DNA of 64,000 nucleotides from positions 4,464,001 through 4,528,000 of the forward strand of contig NC_134035.1 in NCBI RefSeq assembly GCF_964204645.1. Direction: 5' to 3'. Positions within the stretch are counted from its first letter, which is position 1; each line of letters opens with the position of its first letter. The DNA comes from Tubulanus polymorphus (lineage: Eukaryota; Animalia; Nemertea). Below, in pieces: positions 50,101-64,000 of this stretch. Under the pieces are notes generated by a model. The model searched no databases. It had not been told where the DNA came from and saw only the letters and a program-made list of their open reading frames with translations. The position numbers and the translations under genes are program-made.

Positions 50101-53100
50101 GTTCAGTACACCCTGCCCATATATGGCAATTCAATACAGCTTCTTCAGGACGATATGAAGCCCCAAAATCCTGGATCTTTCTACCAATCTATTGAAAATT
50201 AGTTCAGTACACCTCACTCATATTAGACAATTGAATACAGCATCTTCAGGACGATATGAAGCCCCTAAAATCTAGATCTTTCGGCCAATCTGTTGAAAAC
50301 AACTTCAATACACCCTAACCATATCAGACAATTGTATACAGCATCTTCCGGGTGATATGAAGCCCCAAAATTCGGAATCTTTCCACCAATCAATTGAAAA
50401 TCAGTTCAGTACACCTTACCCATATTAGAAAAAAGAATACAGCATCTTCAGGACGATATAATAACCCCAAAATTCTAAATCTTTCGACCAATCTATTTCA
50501 AATGAGTTCAGTACACCCTACCCATAAAGGACAATTGAATACAGCATCTTCAGGACGATATGAAGCCCCAAAAATCTAGATCTTTCGACCGATCTATTGA
50601 AAACCACTTCAATACACCCTAACCATATCAGACAATTGTAAACAGCATCTTCCGGGTGATATGAAGCCCCAAAATTCTGAATCTTTCGACCAATCTATTT
50701 CAAATGAGTTCAGTACACCCTACGCATAAAGGACAATTGAATACAGCATCTTCAGGACGATATGAAGCCCCAAAAATCTAGATCTTTCGACCAAACTATT
50801 GAAAACCAGTTCAATATACCCTACCCATATTAGACAATTGAATACAGCATCTTCAGGACGATATGAAGCCCCAAAAATCTAGATCTTTCGACCGATCTAT
50901 TGAAAACCACTTCAATACACCCTAACCATATCAGACAATTGTAAACAGCATCTTCAGGACGATATGAAGCCCCAAAATTCTGAATCTTTCGACAAATCTA
51001 TTGAAAACCACTTCAATACACACTAACCATATAGGACAATTGAACACAGCATCTTCAGGACCATATGGGGCCCTAACTTTCAGGATGTTTCGACCAATTT
51101 TTTGAAAATGAGTTCAGTACACCTGCCCATATATGGCAATTGAATACAGCATCTTCAAGACGATATTAAGCTTCAAAATTCTGAATCTTTCGGCCAATCT
51201 ATCGAAAATTAGTTCAGTACACCCTACCCATGTATGACAATATGAATACAGCACCTTCAAGATGATATTAAACCCCAAAATTCTGAATCTTTCGGCCAAT
51301 CTATCGAAAATTAGTTCAGTACACCCTACCCATATATGACAATTGAATACAGCATCTTCAGGACGATATAATGTCCCAAAATTCTAGATCTTTCGACCAA
51401 TATATTTAAAATGAGTTCAGTACACCCTACCCATATTAGACAATATGAATACAGCATCTTCAGGACGATGTGAAGCCCTAAAAGTCTGAATCTTTCAACC
51501 AATCTATTGAAAATCAGTTCAGTACACCTTACTCATATTAGACAATTGAATACAGCATCTTCAGGACGATATGAAGCCCCAAAAATGTAGATCTTTCGAC
51601 CAATCTATTGAAAACCACTTCAATACACCCAAACCATATCAGACAATTGTATACAGCATCTTCCAGGTGATATGAAGCCCGAAAATTCTGGATCTTTCGG
51701 CCAATCTATTAAAAATCAGTTCAGTACACCCTACCTATATATGACAATTGAATACAGCATCTTCAGGATGATATGATGCCCCAAAATTCTAGATCTTTCG
51801 ACCAATCTATTTAAAATTAGTTCAGTACACCCTACCCATAAAAGGCAATTGAACACAGAATCTTAAGCACGATATGAAGCCCAAAAATTCTAGATCCTTC
51901 GACCAATCTATTGAAACCCAGTTCAATATACCCTTCCCATATATGACAATTGAATACAGCATCTCCAGGACAATTTGATGCCCAAAAATTCTAGATCTTT
52001 CCACCAATCTATTGAAAATCAGTTCAATACACCCTAACAATATATGACAATTGAAAACAGCATCTTCAGGACGATATGAAGCCCCAAAATTCTGAATCTT
52101 TCAACCAATCTAACGAAAATTAGTTCAGTACACCCTACCCATATAAGACAATTAAATACAGCATCTTCAGGACGATATGAAACCCCAAAATTCTAGATCT
52201 TTCGACCAATCTATTGAAAATCAGTTCAGTACACCCTACACATATCAGACAATGGAATACAACATCTTCAGGACGATATGAAGCCCCAAAAATCTAGATC
52301 TTTCAACCTATCTATTGAAAACCACTTCAATACAACCAAACCATATCAGACAATTGTATACATCATCTTCCGGGTGATATGAAGCCCCAAAATTCTGAAT
52401 CTTTCGACCAATCTATTGAAAATCAGTTCAGTACACCATACCCATATAAGAAAATTGAATACAGCATCCTCAGGACGATATGAAGTCCCAAAAATCTAGA
52501 TCTTTCGACCAATCTATTGAAAACCACTTCAATACACCCTAACCATATCAGACAATTGTAAACAGCATCTTCAGGACGATATGAAGCCCCAAAATTCTAG
52601 ATCTTTCGACCAATCTATTTCAAATGAGTTCAGTACACCCTACCCATAAAGGACAATTGAATACAGCATCTTCAGGACGATATGAAGCCCCTAAAATCTA
52701 GATCTTTCGACCAAACTATTGAAAACCAGTTCAATATACCTTACCCATATTAGAAAAAAGAATACAGCATCTTCAGGACGATATAATAACCCCAAAATTC
52801 TAGATCTTTCGACCAATCTATTTCAAATGAGTTCAGTACACCCTACCCATAAAGGACAATTGAATACAGCATCTTCAGGACGATATGAAGCCCCAAAAAT
52901 CTAGATCTTTCGACCAAACTATTGAAAACCAGTTCAATATACCCTACCCATATTAGACAATTGAATACAGCATCTTCAGGACGATATAATGCCCCATAAT
53001 TCTAGATCTTTCGACTAATCTATTTAAAATTAGTTCAGTACACCCTACCCATAAAAGGCAATTGAACACAGAATCTTAAGCACGATATGAAGCCCCAAAA

Positions 53101-56100
53101 TTCTAGATCCTTCGACCAATCTATTGAAACCCAGTTCAATATACCCTTCCCATATATGACAATTGAATACAGCATCTCCAGGACAATTTGATGCCCAAAA
53201 ATTCTAGATCTTTCGACCAATCTATTGAAAACCACTTCAATACACCCTAACCATATCAGACAATTGTAAACAGCATCTTCCGGGTGATATGAAGCCCCAA
53301 AATTCTGAATCTTTCGACCAATCTATTGAAAATCAGTTCAGTACACCATACCCATATTAGAAAATTGAAGACAGCATCTTCAGGACAATTTGATGCCCCA
53401 AAATTCTAGATCTTTCGACAAATCTATTGAAAACCACTTCAATACACACTAACCATATAGGACAATTGAACACAGCATCTTCAGGACCATATGGGGCCCT
53501 AACTTTCAGGATGTTTCGACCAATTTTTTGAAAATAAGTTCAGTACACCCTGCCCATATATGGCAATTCAATACAGCTTCTTCAGGACGATATGAAGCCC
53601 CAAAATCCTCGATCTTTCTACCAATCTATTGAAAATTAGTTCAGTACACCTCACTCATATTAGACAATTGAATACAGCATCTTCAGGACGATATGAAGCC
53701 CCTAAAATCTAGATCTTTCGGCCAATCTGTTGAAAACAACTTCAATACACCCTAACCATATCAGACAATTGTATACAGCATCTTCCGGGTGATATGAAGC
53801 CCCAAAATTCGGAATCTTTCCACCAATCAATTGAAAATCAGTTCAGTACACCTTACCCATATTAGAAAAAAGAATACAGCATCTTCAGGACGATATAATA
53901 ACCCCAAAATTCTAAATCTTTCGACCAATCTATTTCAAATGAGTTCAGTACACCCTACCCATAAAGGACAATTGAATACAGCATCTTCAGGACGATATGA
54001 AGCCCCAAAAATCTAGATCTTTCGACCAAACTATTGAAAACCAGTTCAATATACCCTACCCATATTAGACAATTGAATACAGCATCTTCAGGACGATATA
54101 ATGCCCCATAATTCTAGATCTTTCGACCAATCTATTCTAAATGAGTTCAGTACACCCTACCCATAAAGGACAATTGAATACAGCATCTTCAGGACGATAT
54201 GAAGCCCCAAAAATCTAGATCTTTCGACCGATCTATTGAAAACCACTTCAATACAACCAAACCATATCAGACAATTGTATACAGCATCTTCCGGGTGATA
54301 TGAAGCCCCAAAATTCTGAATCTTTCGACCAATCTATTGAAAATCAGTTCAGTATACACCATACCCATATTAGAAAATTGAATACAGCATCTTCAGGACA
54401 ATTTGATGCCCCAAAATTCTAGATCTTTCGACAAATCTATTGAAAACCACTTCAATACACACTAACCATATAGGACAATTGAACACAGCATCTTCAGGAC
54501 CATATGGGGCCCTAACTTTCAGGATGTTTTGACCAATCTTTTGAAAATAAGTTCAGTACACCCTGCCCATATATGGCAATTCAATACAGCTTCTTCAGGA
54601 CGATATGAAGCCCCAAAATCCTCGATCTTTCTACCAATCTATTGAAAATTAGTTCAGTACACCCCACACATATCAGAAAATGGAATACAACATCTTCAGG
54701 ACGATATGAAGCCCGAAAATTCTGGATCTTTCGGCCAATCTATTGAAAATTAGTTCAGTACACCCTACCTATATATGACAATTGAACACAGCATCTTCAC
54801 GATGATATAATGCCCCAAAATTCTAGATCTTTCGACCAATCTATTTAAAATGAGTTCAGTACACACTTCCCATAAAGGACAATTGAACACAGAATCTTAA
54901 GCACGATATGAAGCCCCAAAATTCTAGATCCTTCGACCAATCTATTGAAACCCAGTTCAATATACCCTTCCCATATATGACAATTGAATACAGCATCTCC
55001 AGGACAATTTGATGCCCAAAAATTCTAGATCTTTCGACCAATCTATTGAAAACCACTTCAATACACCCTAACCATATCAGACAATTGTAAACAGCATCTT
55101 CCGGGTGATATGAAGCCCCAAAATTCTGAATCTTTCGACCAATCTATTGAAAATCAGTTCAGTACACCATACCCATATTAGAAAATTGAAGACAGCATCT
55201 TCAGGACAATTTGATGCCCCAAAATTCTAGATCTTTCGACAAATCTATTGAAAACCACTTCAATACACACTAACCATATAGGACAATTGAACACAGCATC
55301 TTCAGGACCATTTGGGGCCCTAACTTTCAGGATGTTTCGACCAATTTTTTGAAAATAAGTTCAGTACACCCTGCCCATATATGGCAATTCAATACAGCTT
55401 CTTCAGGACGATATGAAGCCCCAAAATCCTGGATCTTTCTACCAATCTATTGAAAATTAGTTCAGTACACCTCACTCATATTAGACAATTGAATACAGCA
55501 TCTTCAGGACGATATGAAGCCCCTAAAATCTAGATCTTTCGGCCAATCTGTTGAAAACAACTTCAATACACCCTAACCATATCAGACAATTGTATACAGC
55601 ATCTTCCGGGTGATATGAAGCCCCAAAATTCGGAATCTTTCCACCAATCAATTGAAAATCAGTTCAGTACACCTTACCCATATTAGAAAAAAGAATACAG
55701 CATCTTCAGGACGATATAATAACCCCAAAATTCTAAATCTTTCGACCAATCTATTTCAAATGAGTTCAGTACACCCTACCCATAAAGGACAATTGAATAC
55801 AGCATCTTCAGGACGATATGAAGCCCCAAAAATCTAGATCTTTCGACCAAACTATTGAAAACCAGTTCAATATACCCTACCCATATTAGACAATTGAATA
55901 CAGCATCTTCAGGACGATATAATGCCCCATAATTCTAGATCTTTCGACCAATCTATTCTAAATGAGTTCAGTACACCCTACCCATAAAGGACAATTGAAT
56001 ACAGCATCTTCAGGACGATATGAAGCCCCAAAAATCTAGATCTTTCGACCGATCTATTGAAAACCACTTCAATACAACCAAACCATATCAGACAATTGTA

Positions 56101-59100
56101 TACAGCATCTTCCGGGTGATATGAAGCCCCAAAATTCTGAATCTTTCGACCAATCTATTGAAAATCAGTTCAGTATACACCATACCCATATTAGAAAATT
56201 GAATACAGCATCTTCAGGACAATTTGATGCCCCAAAATTCTAGATCTTTCGACAAATCTATTGAAAACCACTTCAATACACACTAACCATATAGGACAAT
56301 TGAACACAGCATCTTCAGGACCATATGGGGCCCTAACTTTCAGGATGGTTCGACCAATCTTTTGAAAATAAGTTCAGTACACCCTGCCCATATATGGCAA
56401 TTCAATACAGCTTCTTCAGGACGATATGAAGCCCCAAAATCCTCGATCTTTCTACCAATCTATTGAAAATTAGTTCAGTACACCCTACACATATCAGAAA
56501 ATGGAATACAACATCTTCAGGACGATATGAAGCCCGAAAATTCTGGATCTTTCGGCCAATCTATTGAAAATCAGTTCAATACACCCTAACAATATATGAC
56601 AATTGAAAACAGCATCTTCAGGACGATATGAAGCCCCAAAATTCTGAATCTTTCAACCAATCTAACGAAAATTAGTTCAGTACACCCTACCCATATAAGA
56701 CATTTAAATACAGCATCTTCAGGACGATATGAAACCCCAAAATTCTAGATCTTTCGACCAATCTATTGAAAATCAGTTCAGTACACCCTACACATATCAG
56801 ACAATGGAATACAACATCTTCAGGACGATATGAAGCCCCAAAAATCTAGATCTTTCAACCTATCTATTGAAAACCACTTCAATACAACCAAACCATATCA
56901 GACAATTGTATACATCATCTTCCGGGTGATATGAAGCCCCAAAATTCTGAATCTTTCGACCAATCTATTGAAAATCAGTTCAGTACACCATACCCATATA
57001 AGAAAATTGAATACAGCATCTTCAGGACGATATGAAGTCCCAAAAATCTAGATCTTTCGACCAATCTATTGAAAACCACTTCAATACACCCTAACCATAT
57101 CAGACAATTGTAAACAGCATCTTCAGGACGATATGAAGCCCCAAAATTCTAGATCTTTCGACCAATCTATTTCAAATGAGTTCAGTACACCCTACCCATA
57201 AAGGACAATTGAATACAGCATCTTCAGGACGATATGAAGCCCCTAAAATCTAGATCTTTCGACCAAACTATTGAAAACCAGTTCAATATACCTTACCCAT
57301 ATTAGAAAAAAGAATACAGCATCTTCAGGACGATATAATAACCCCAAAATTCTAGATCTTTCGACCAATCTATTTCAAATGAGTTCAGTACACCCTACCC
57401 ATAAAGGACAATTGAATACAGCATCTTCAGGACGATATGAAGCCCCAAAAATCTAGATCTTTCGACCAAACTATTGAAAACCAGTTCAATATACCCTACC
57501 CATATTAGACAATTGAATACAGCATCTTCAGGACGATATAATGCCCCATAATTCTAGATCTTTCGACTAATCTATTTAAAATTAGTTCAGTACACCCTAC
57601 CCATAAAAGGCAATTGAACACAGAATCTTAAGCACGATATGAAGCCCCAAAATTCTAGATCCTTCGACCAATCTATTGAAACCCAGTTCAATATACCCTT
57701 CCCATATATGACAATTGAATACAGCATCTCCAGGACAATTTGATGCCCAAAAATTCTAGATCTTTCGACCAATCTATTGAAAACCACTTCAATACACCCT
57801 AACCATATCAGACAATTGTAAACAGCATCTTCCGGGTGATATGAAGCCCCAAAATTCTGAATCTTTCGACCAATCTATTGAAAATCAGTTCAGTACACCA
57901 TACCCATATTAGAAAATTGAAGACAGCATCTTCAGGACAATTTGATGCCCCAAAATTCTAGATCTTTCGACAAATCTATTGAAAACCACTTCAATACACA
58001 CTAACCATATAGGACAATTGAACACAGCATCTTCAGGACCATATGGGGCCCTAACTTTCAGGATGTTTCGACCAATTTTTTGAAAATAAGTTCAGTACAC
58101 CCTGCCCATATATGGCAATTCAATACAGCTTCTTCAGGACGATATGAAGCCCCAAAATCCTCGATCTTTCTACCAATCTATTGAAAATTAGTTCAGTACA
58201 CCTCACTCATATTAGACAATTGAATACAGCATCTTCAGGACGATATGAAGCCCCTAAAATCTAGATCTTTCGGCCAATCTGTTGAAAACAACTTCAATAC
58301 ACCCTAACCATATCAGACAATTGTATACAGCATCTTCCGGGTGATATGAAGCCCCAAAATTCGGAATCTTTCCACCAATCAATTGAAAATCAGTTCAGTA
58401 CACCTTACCCATATTAGAAAAAAGAATACAGCATCTTCAGGACGATATAATAACCCCAAAATTCTAAATCTTTCGACCAATCTATTTCAAATGAGTTCAG
58501 TACACCCTACCCATAAAGGACAATTGAATACAGCATCTTCAGGACGATATGAAGCCCCAAAAATCTAGATCTTTCGACCAAACTATTGAAAACCAGTTCA
58601 ATATACCCTACCCATATTAGACAATTGAATACAGCATCTTCAGGACGATGTAATGCCCCATAATTCTAGATCTTTCGACCAATCTATTCTAAATGAGTTC
58701 AGTACACCCTACCCATAAAGGACAATTGAATACAGCATCTTCAGGACGATATGAAGCCCCAAAAATCTAGATCTTTCGACCGATCTATTGAAAACCACTT
58801 CAATACAACCAAACCATATCAGACAATTGTATACAGCATCTTCCGGGTGATATGAAGCCCCAAAATTCTGAATCTTTCGACCAATCTATTGAAAATCAGT
58901 TCAGTATACACCATACCCATGTTAGAAAATTGAATACAGCATCTTCAGGACAATTTGATGCCCCAAAATTCTAGATCTTTCGACAAATCTATTGAAAACC
59001 ACTTCAATACACACTAACCATATAGGACAATTGAACACAGCATCTTCAGGACCATATGGGGCCCTAACTTTCAGGATGTTTCGACCAATCTTTTGAAAAT

Positions 59101-62100
59101 AAGTTCAGTACACCCTGCCCATATATGGCAATTCAATACAGCTTCTTCAGGACGATATGAAGCCCCAAAATCCTCGATCTTTCTACCAATCTATTGAAAA
59201 TTAGTTCAGTACACCCTACACATATCAGAAAATGGAATACAACATCTTCAGGACGATATGAAGCCCGAAAATTCTGGATCTTTCGGCCAATCTATTGAAA
59301 ATTAGTTCAGTACACCCTACCTATATATGACAATTGAACACAGCATCTTCACGATGATATAATGCCCCAAAATTCTAGATCTTTCGACCAATCTATTTAA
59401 AATGAGTTCAGTACACACTTCCCATAAAGGACAATTGAACACAGAATCTTAAGCACGATATGAAGCCCCAAAATTCTAGATCCTTCGACCAATCTATTGA
59501 AACCCAGTTCAATATACCCTTCCCATATATGACAATTGAATACAGCATCTCCAGGACAATTTGATGCCCAAAAATTCTAGATCTTTCGACCAATCTATTG
59601 AAAACCACTTCAATACACCCTAACCATATCAGACAATTGTAAACAGCATCTTCCGGGTGATATGAAGCCCCAAAATTCTGAATCTTTCGACCAATCTATT
59701 GAAAATCAGTTCAGTACACCATACCCATATTAGAAAATTGAAGACAGCATCTTCAGGACAATTTGATGCCCCAAAATTCTAGATCTTTTGACAAATCTAT
59801 TGAAAACCACTTCAATACACACTAACCATATAGGACAATTGAACACAGCATCTTCAGGACCATATGGGGCCCTAACTTTCAGGATGTTTCGACCAATTTT
59901 TTGAAAATAAGTTCAGTACACCCTGCCCATATATGGCAATTCAATACAGCTTCTTCAGGACGATATGAAGCCCCAAAATCCTGGATCTTTCTACCAATCT
60001 ATTGAAAATTAGTTCAGTACACCTCACTCATATTAGACAATTGAATACAGCATCTTCAGGACGATATGAAGCCCCTAAAATCTAGATCTTTCGGCCAATC
60101 TGTTGAAAACAACTTCAATACACCCTAACCATATCAGACAATTGTATACAGCATCTTCCGGGTGATATGAAGCCCCAAAATTCGGAATCTTTCCACCAAT
60201 CAATTGAAAATCAGTTCAGTACACCTTACCCATATTAGAAAAAAGAATACAGCATCTTCAGGACGATATAATAACCCCAAAATTCTAAATCTTTCGACCA
60301 ATCTATTTCAAATGAGTTCAGTACACCCTACCCATAAAGGACAATTGAATACAGCATCTTCAGGACGATATGAAGCCCCAAAAATCTAGATCTTTCGACC
60401 AAACTATTGAAAACCAGTTCAATATACCCTACCCATATTAGACAATTGAATACAGCATCTTCAGGACGATATAATGCCCCATAATTCTAGATCTTTCGAC
60501 CAATCTATTCTAAATGAGTTCAGTACACCCTACCCATAAAGGACAATTGAATACAGCATCTTCAGGACGATATGAAGCCCCGAAAATCTAGATCTTTCGA
60601 CCGATCTATTGAAAACCACTTCAATACACCCTAACCATATCAGACAATTGTAAACAGCATCTTCAGGACGATATGAAGCCCCAAAATTCTGAATCTTTCG
60701 ACCAATCTATTGAAAATCAGTTCAGTACACCATACCCATATTAGAAAATTGAAGACAGCATCTTCAGGACAATTTGATGCCCCAAAATTCTAGATCTTTC
60801 GACAAATCTATTGAAAACCACTTCAATACACACTAACCATATAGGACAATTGAACACAGCATCTTCAGGACCATATGGGGCCCTAACTTTCAGGATGTTT
60901 CGACCAATTTTTTGAAAATAAGTTCATTACACCCTGCCCATATATGGCAATTCAATACAGCTACTTCAGGACGATATGAAGCCCCTAAATCCTGGATCTT
61001 TCTACCAATCTATTTAAAATGAGTTCAACACACCCTACCCATAAAGGACAATTGAACACAGAATCTTCAGCACAATATGAAGCCCCAAAATTCTAGATCC
61101 TTCGACCAATCTAATGAAACCCAGTTCAATATACCCTTCCCATATATGACAATTGAATACAGCATCTTCGGGACAATTTGATGCCCCAAAATTCTAGATC
61201 TTTCCACCAATCTATTGAAAACCAGTTCAATACACACTAACCATATAGGACAATTGAATTCAGCATCTTCAAGACGATATGAAGCCCCAAAATTCTGAAT
61301 CTTTCTGCAAATCTATCGAAAATTAGTTCAGTACACCCTACCCATATATGACAATATGAATACAGCATCTTCAAGACGATATGAAGCCCCAAAATTCTGA
61401 ATCTTTTGGCCAATCTATCTAAAATTAGTTCAGTACACCCTACCCATATATGACAATTGAATACAGCATCTTCAGGACGATATAATGCCCCAAAATTCTA
61501 GATCTTTCGACCAATCTATTGAAATCCAGTTCAATATACCTTACCCATATTAGACAATTGAATACAGCATCTTCAGGACGATGTGAAGCCCTAAAAGTCT
61601 GAATCTTTCAACCAATCTATTGAAAATCAGTTCAGTACACCTTACTTATATTAGACAATTGAATACAGGATCTTCAGGACGATATGAAGCCCCGAAAATT
61701 CTGGATCTTTCGGCCAATCTATTGAAAATTAGTTCAGTACACCCTACCTATATATGATAATTGAATACAGCAACTTCAGGATGATATAATGCCCCAAAAT
61801 TCTAGATCTTTCGACCAATCTATTGAAAACCAGTTCAATATACCCTACCCATATATGACAATTGAATACAGCATCATCAGGACGATTTGATGCCCCAAAA
61901 TTCTAGATCTTTCAACCAATCTATTGAAAACCAGTTCAATAAACCCTAGCCATATATGACAATTGAATACAGCATCTTCAAGACGATATGAAGCCCCAAA
62001 ATTCTGAATCTTTTGGCCAATCTATTTAAAATTAGTTCAATACATCCTACCCATAAAGGACAATTGAATACAGCATCTTCAGGACGATATGAAGCCCCAA

Positions 62101-64000
62101 AAATCTAGATCTTTCGGCCAATCTGTTGAAAACAACTTCAATACACCCTAACCATATCCGACAATTGTATACAGCATCTTCCGGGTGATATGAAGCCCCA
62201 AAATTCGGATTCTTTCCACCAATCAATTGAAAATCAGTTCAGTACACCTTACCCATATTAGAAAAAAGAATACAGCATCTTCAGGACGATATAATAACCC
62301 CAAAATTCTAAATCTTTCGACCAATCTATTTCAAATGAGTTCAGTACACGCTACCCATAAAGGACAATTGAATACAGCATCTTCAGGACGATATGAAGCC
62401 CCAAAAATCTAGATCTTTCGACCAAACTATTGAAAACCAGTTCAATATACCCTACCCATATTAGACAATTGAATACAGCATCTTCAGGACGATATAATGC
62501 CCCATAATTCTAGATCTTTCGACCAATCTATTTTAAATGAGTTCAGTACACCCTACCCATAAAGGACAATTGAATACAGCATCTTCAGGACGATATGAAG
62601 CCCCAAAAATCTAGATCTTTCGACCGATCTATTGAAAACCACTTCAATACACCCTAACCATATCAGACAATTGTAAACAGCATCTTCAGGACGATATGAA
62701 GCCCCAAAATTCTGAATCTTTCGACCAATCTATTTCAAATGAGTTCAGTACACCCTACCCATAAAGGACAATTGAATACAGCATCTTCAGGACGATATGA
62801 AGCCCCAAAAATCTAGATCTTTCGACCAAACTATTGAAAACCAGTTCAATATACCCTACCCATATTAGACAATTGAATACAGCATCTTCAGGACGATATG
62901 AAGCCCCAAAAATCTAGATCTTTCGACCGATCTATTGAAAACCACTTCAATACACCCTAACCATATCAGACAATTGTAAACAGCATCTTCAGGACGATAT
63001 GAAGCCCCAAAATTCTGAATCTTTCGACAAATCTATTGAAAACCACTTCAATACACACTAACCATATAGGACAATTGAACACAGCATCTTCAGGACCATA
63101 TGGGGCCCTAACTTTCAGGATGTTTCGACCAATTTTTTGAAAATGAGTTCAGTACACCTGCCCATATATGGCAATTGAATACAGCATCTTCAAGACGATA
63201 TAAAGCTTCAAAATTCTGAATCTTTCGGCCAATCTATCGAAAATTAGTTCAGTACACCTTACCCATGTATGACAATATGAATACAGCACCTTCAAGATGA
63301 TATTAAACCCCAAAATTCTGAATCTTTCGGCCAATCTATCGAAAATTAGTTCAGTACACCCTACCCATATATGACAATTGAATACAGCATCTTCAGGAAG
63401 ATATAATGTCCCAAAATTCTAGATCTTTCGACCAATATATTTAAAATGAGTTCAGTACACCCTACCCATATTAGACAATATGAATACAGCATCTTCAGGA
63501 CGATGTGAAGCCCTAAAAGTCTGAATCTTTCAACCAATCTATTGAAAATCAGTTCAGTACACCTTACTCATATTAGACAATTGAATACAGCATCTTCAGG
63601 ACGATATGAAGCCCCAAAAATCTAGATCTTTCGACCAATCTATTGAAAACCACTTCAATACACCCAAACCATATCAGACAATTGTATACAGCATCTTCCA
63701 GGTGATATGAAGCCCGAAAATTCTGGATCTTTCGGCCAATCTATTAAAAATCAGTTCAGTACACCCTACCTATATATGACAATTGAATACAGCATCTTCA
63801 GGATGATATGATGCCCCAAAATTCTAGATCTTTCGACCAATCTATTTAAAATTAGTTCAGTACACCCTACCCATAAAAGGCAATTGAACACAGAATCTTA
63901 AGCACGATATGAAGCCCAAAAATTCTAGATCCTTCGACCAATCTATTGAAACCCAGTTCAATATACCCTTCCCATATATGACAATTGAATACAGCATCTC
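44135..64000. repeat. ~101-bp satellite DNA array with higher-order repeats; runs off the end of the window
   Basis: Consensus GAATACAGCATCTTCAGGACGATATGAAGCCCCAAAATTCTAGATCTTTCGACCAATCTATTGAAAATCAGTTCAGTACACCCTACCCATATATGACAATT; about 196 monomers; identical spurious ORFs recur at offsets of 1821, 4552 and 5258 bp. Confidence 0.98.

Noticed and set aside
44135-64000. Repeated 61-72 aa ORFs and a CRISPR-like periodic appearance
   Set aside because: The ORFs are chance open frames in satellite monomers. Units are wholly repeated with no unique spacers, there are no cas genes, and the context is eukaryotic.

Overview
Eukaryotic genomic DNA from an invertebrate animal, probably a spiralian; the species cannot be determined from sequence alone. 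1-9.5 kb is a transposon graveyard: several decayed minus-strand copies of a DUF6729-type DDE transposase that I read as Dada superfamily, LINE and Penelope scraps, and a tandem array of broken RING-finger cassettes. 10-24.4 kb holds three tandem intronless 316-aa rhodopsin-class GPCR paralogs. Between the first two lies a ~7.4 kb plus-strand Dada-like element with recognisable ends: short U6-like subterminal inverted repeats, a GYGCTGA direct repeat, and a tRNA-Leu-like remnant on the 3' flank. Its first intron carries a fully paired tRNA-shaped RNA whose anticodon arm is replaced by a 9-bp stem with a GAAA tetraloop, which is the most novel-looking feature here. The element has lost its catalytic Glu region and has a LINE RT inserted in its C-terminal zinc finger. 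A palindrome at 22.1 kb contains a minimal hammerhead ribozyme (U3-A8 variant). 25.0-31.7 kb is a 10-exon NSFL1C/p47 gene with a probable U12-type last intron. 33-44 kb is duplicated non-coding DNA with MITEs, a HINE-like element, a minisatellite and CTCF-like motifs. 44.1-64 kb is a ~101-bp satellite with nested 18-, 45- and 52-monomer higher-order repeats. All assignments were made by eye; no searches were run.
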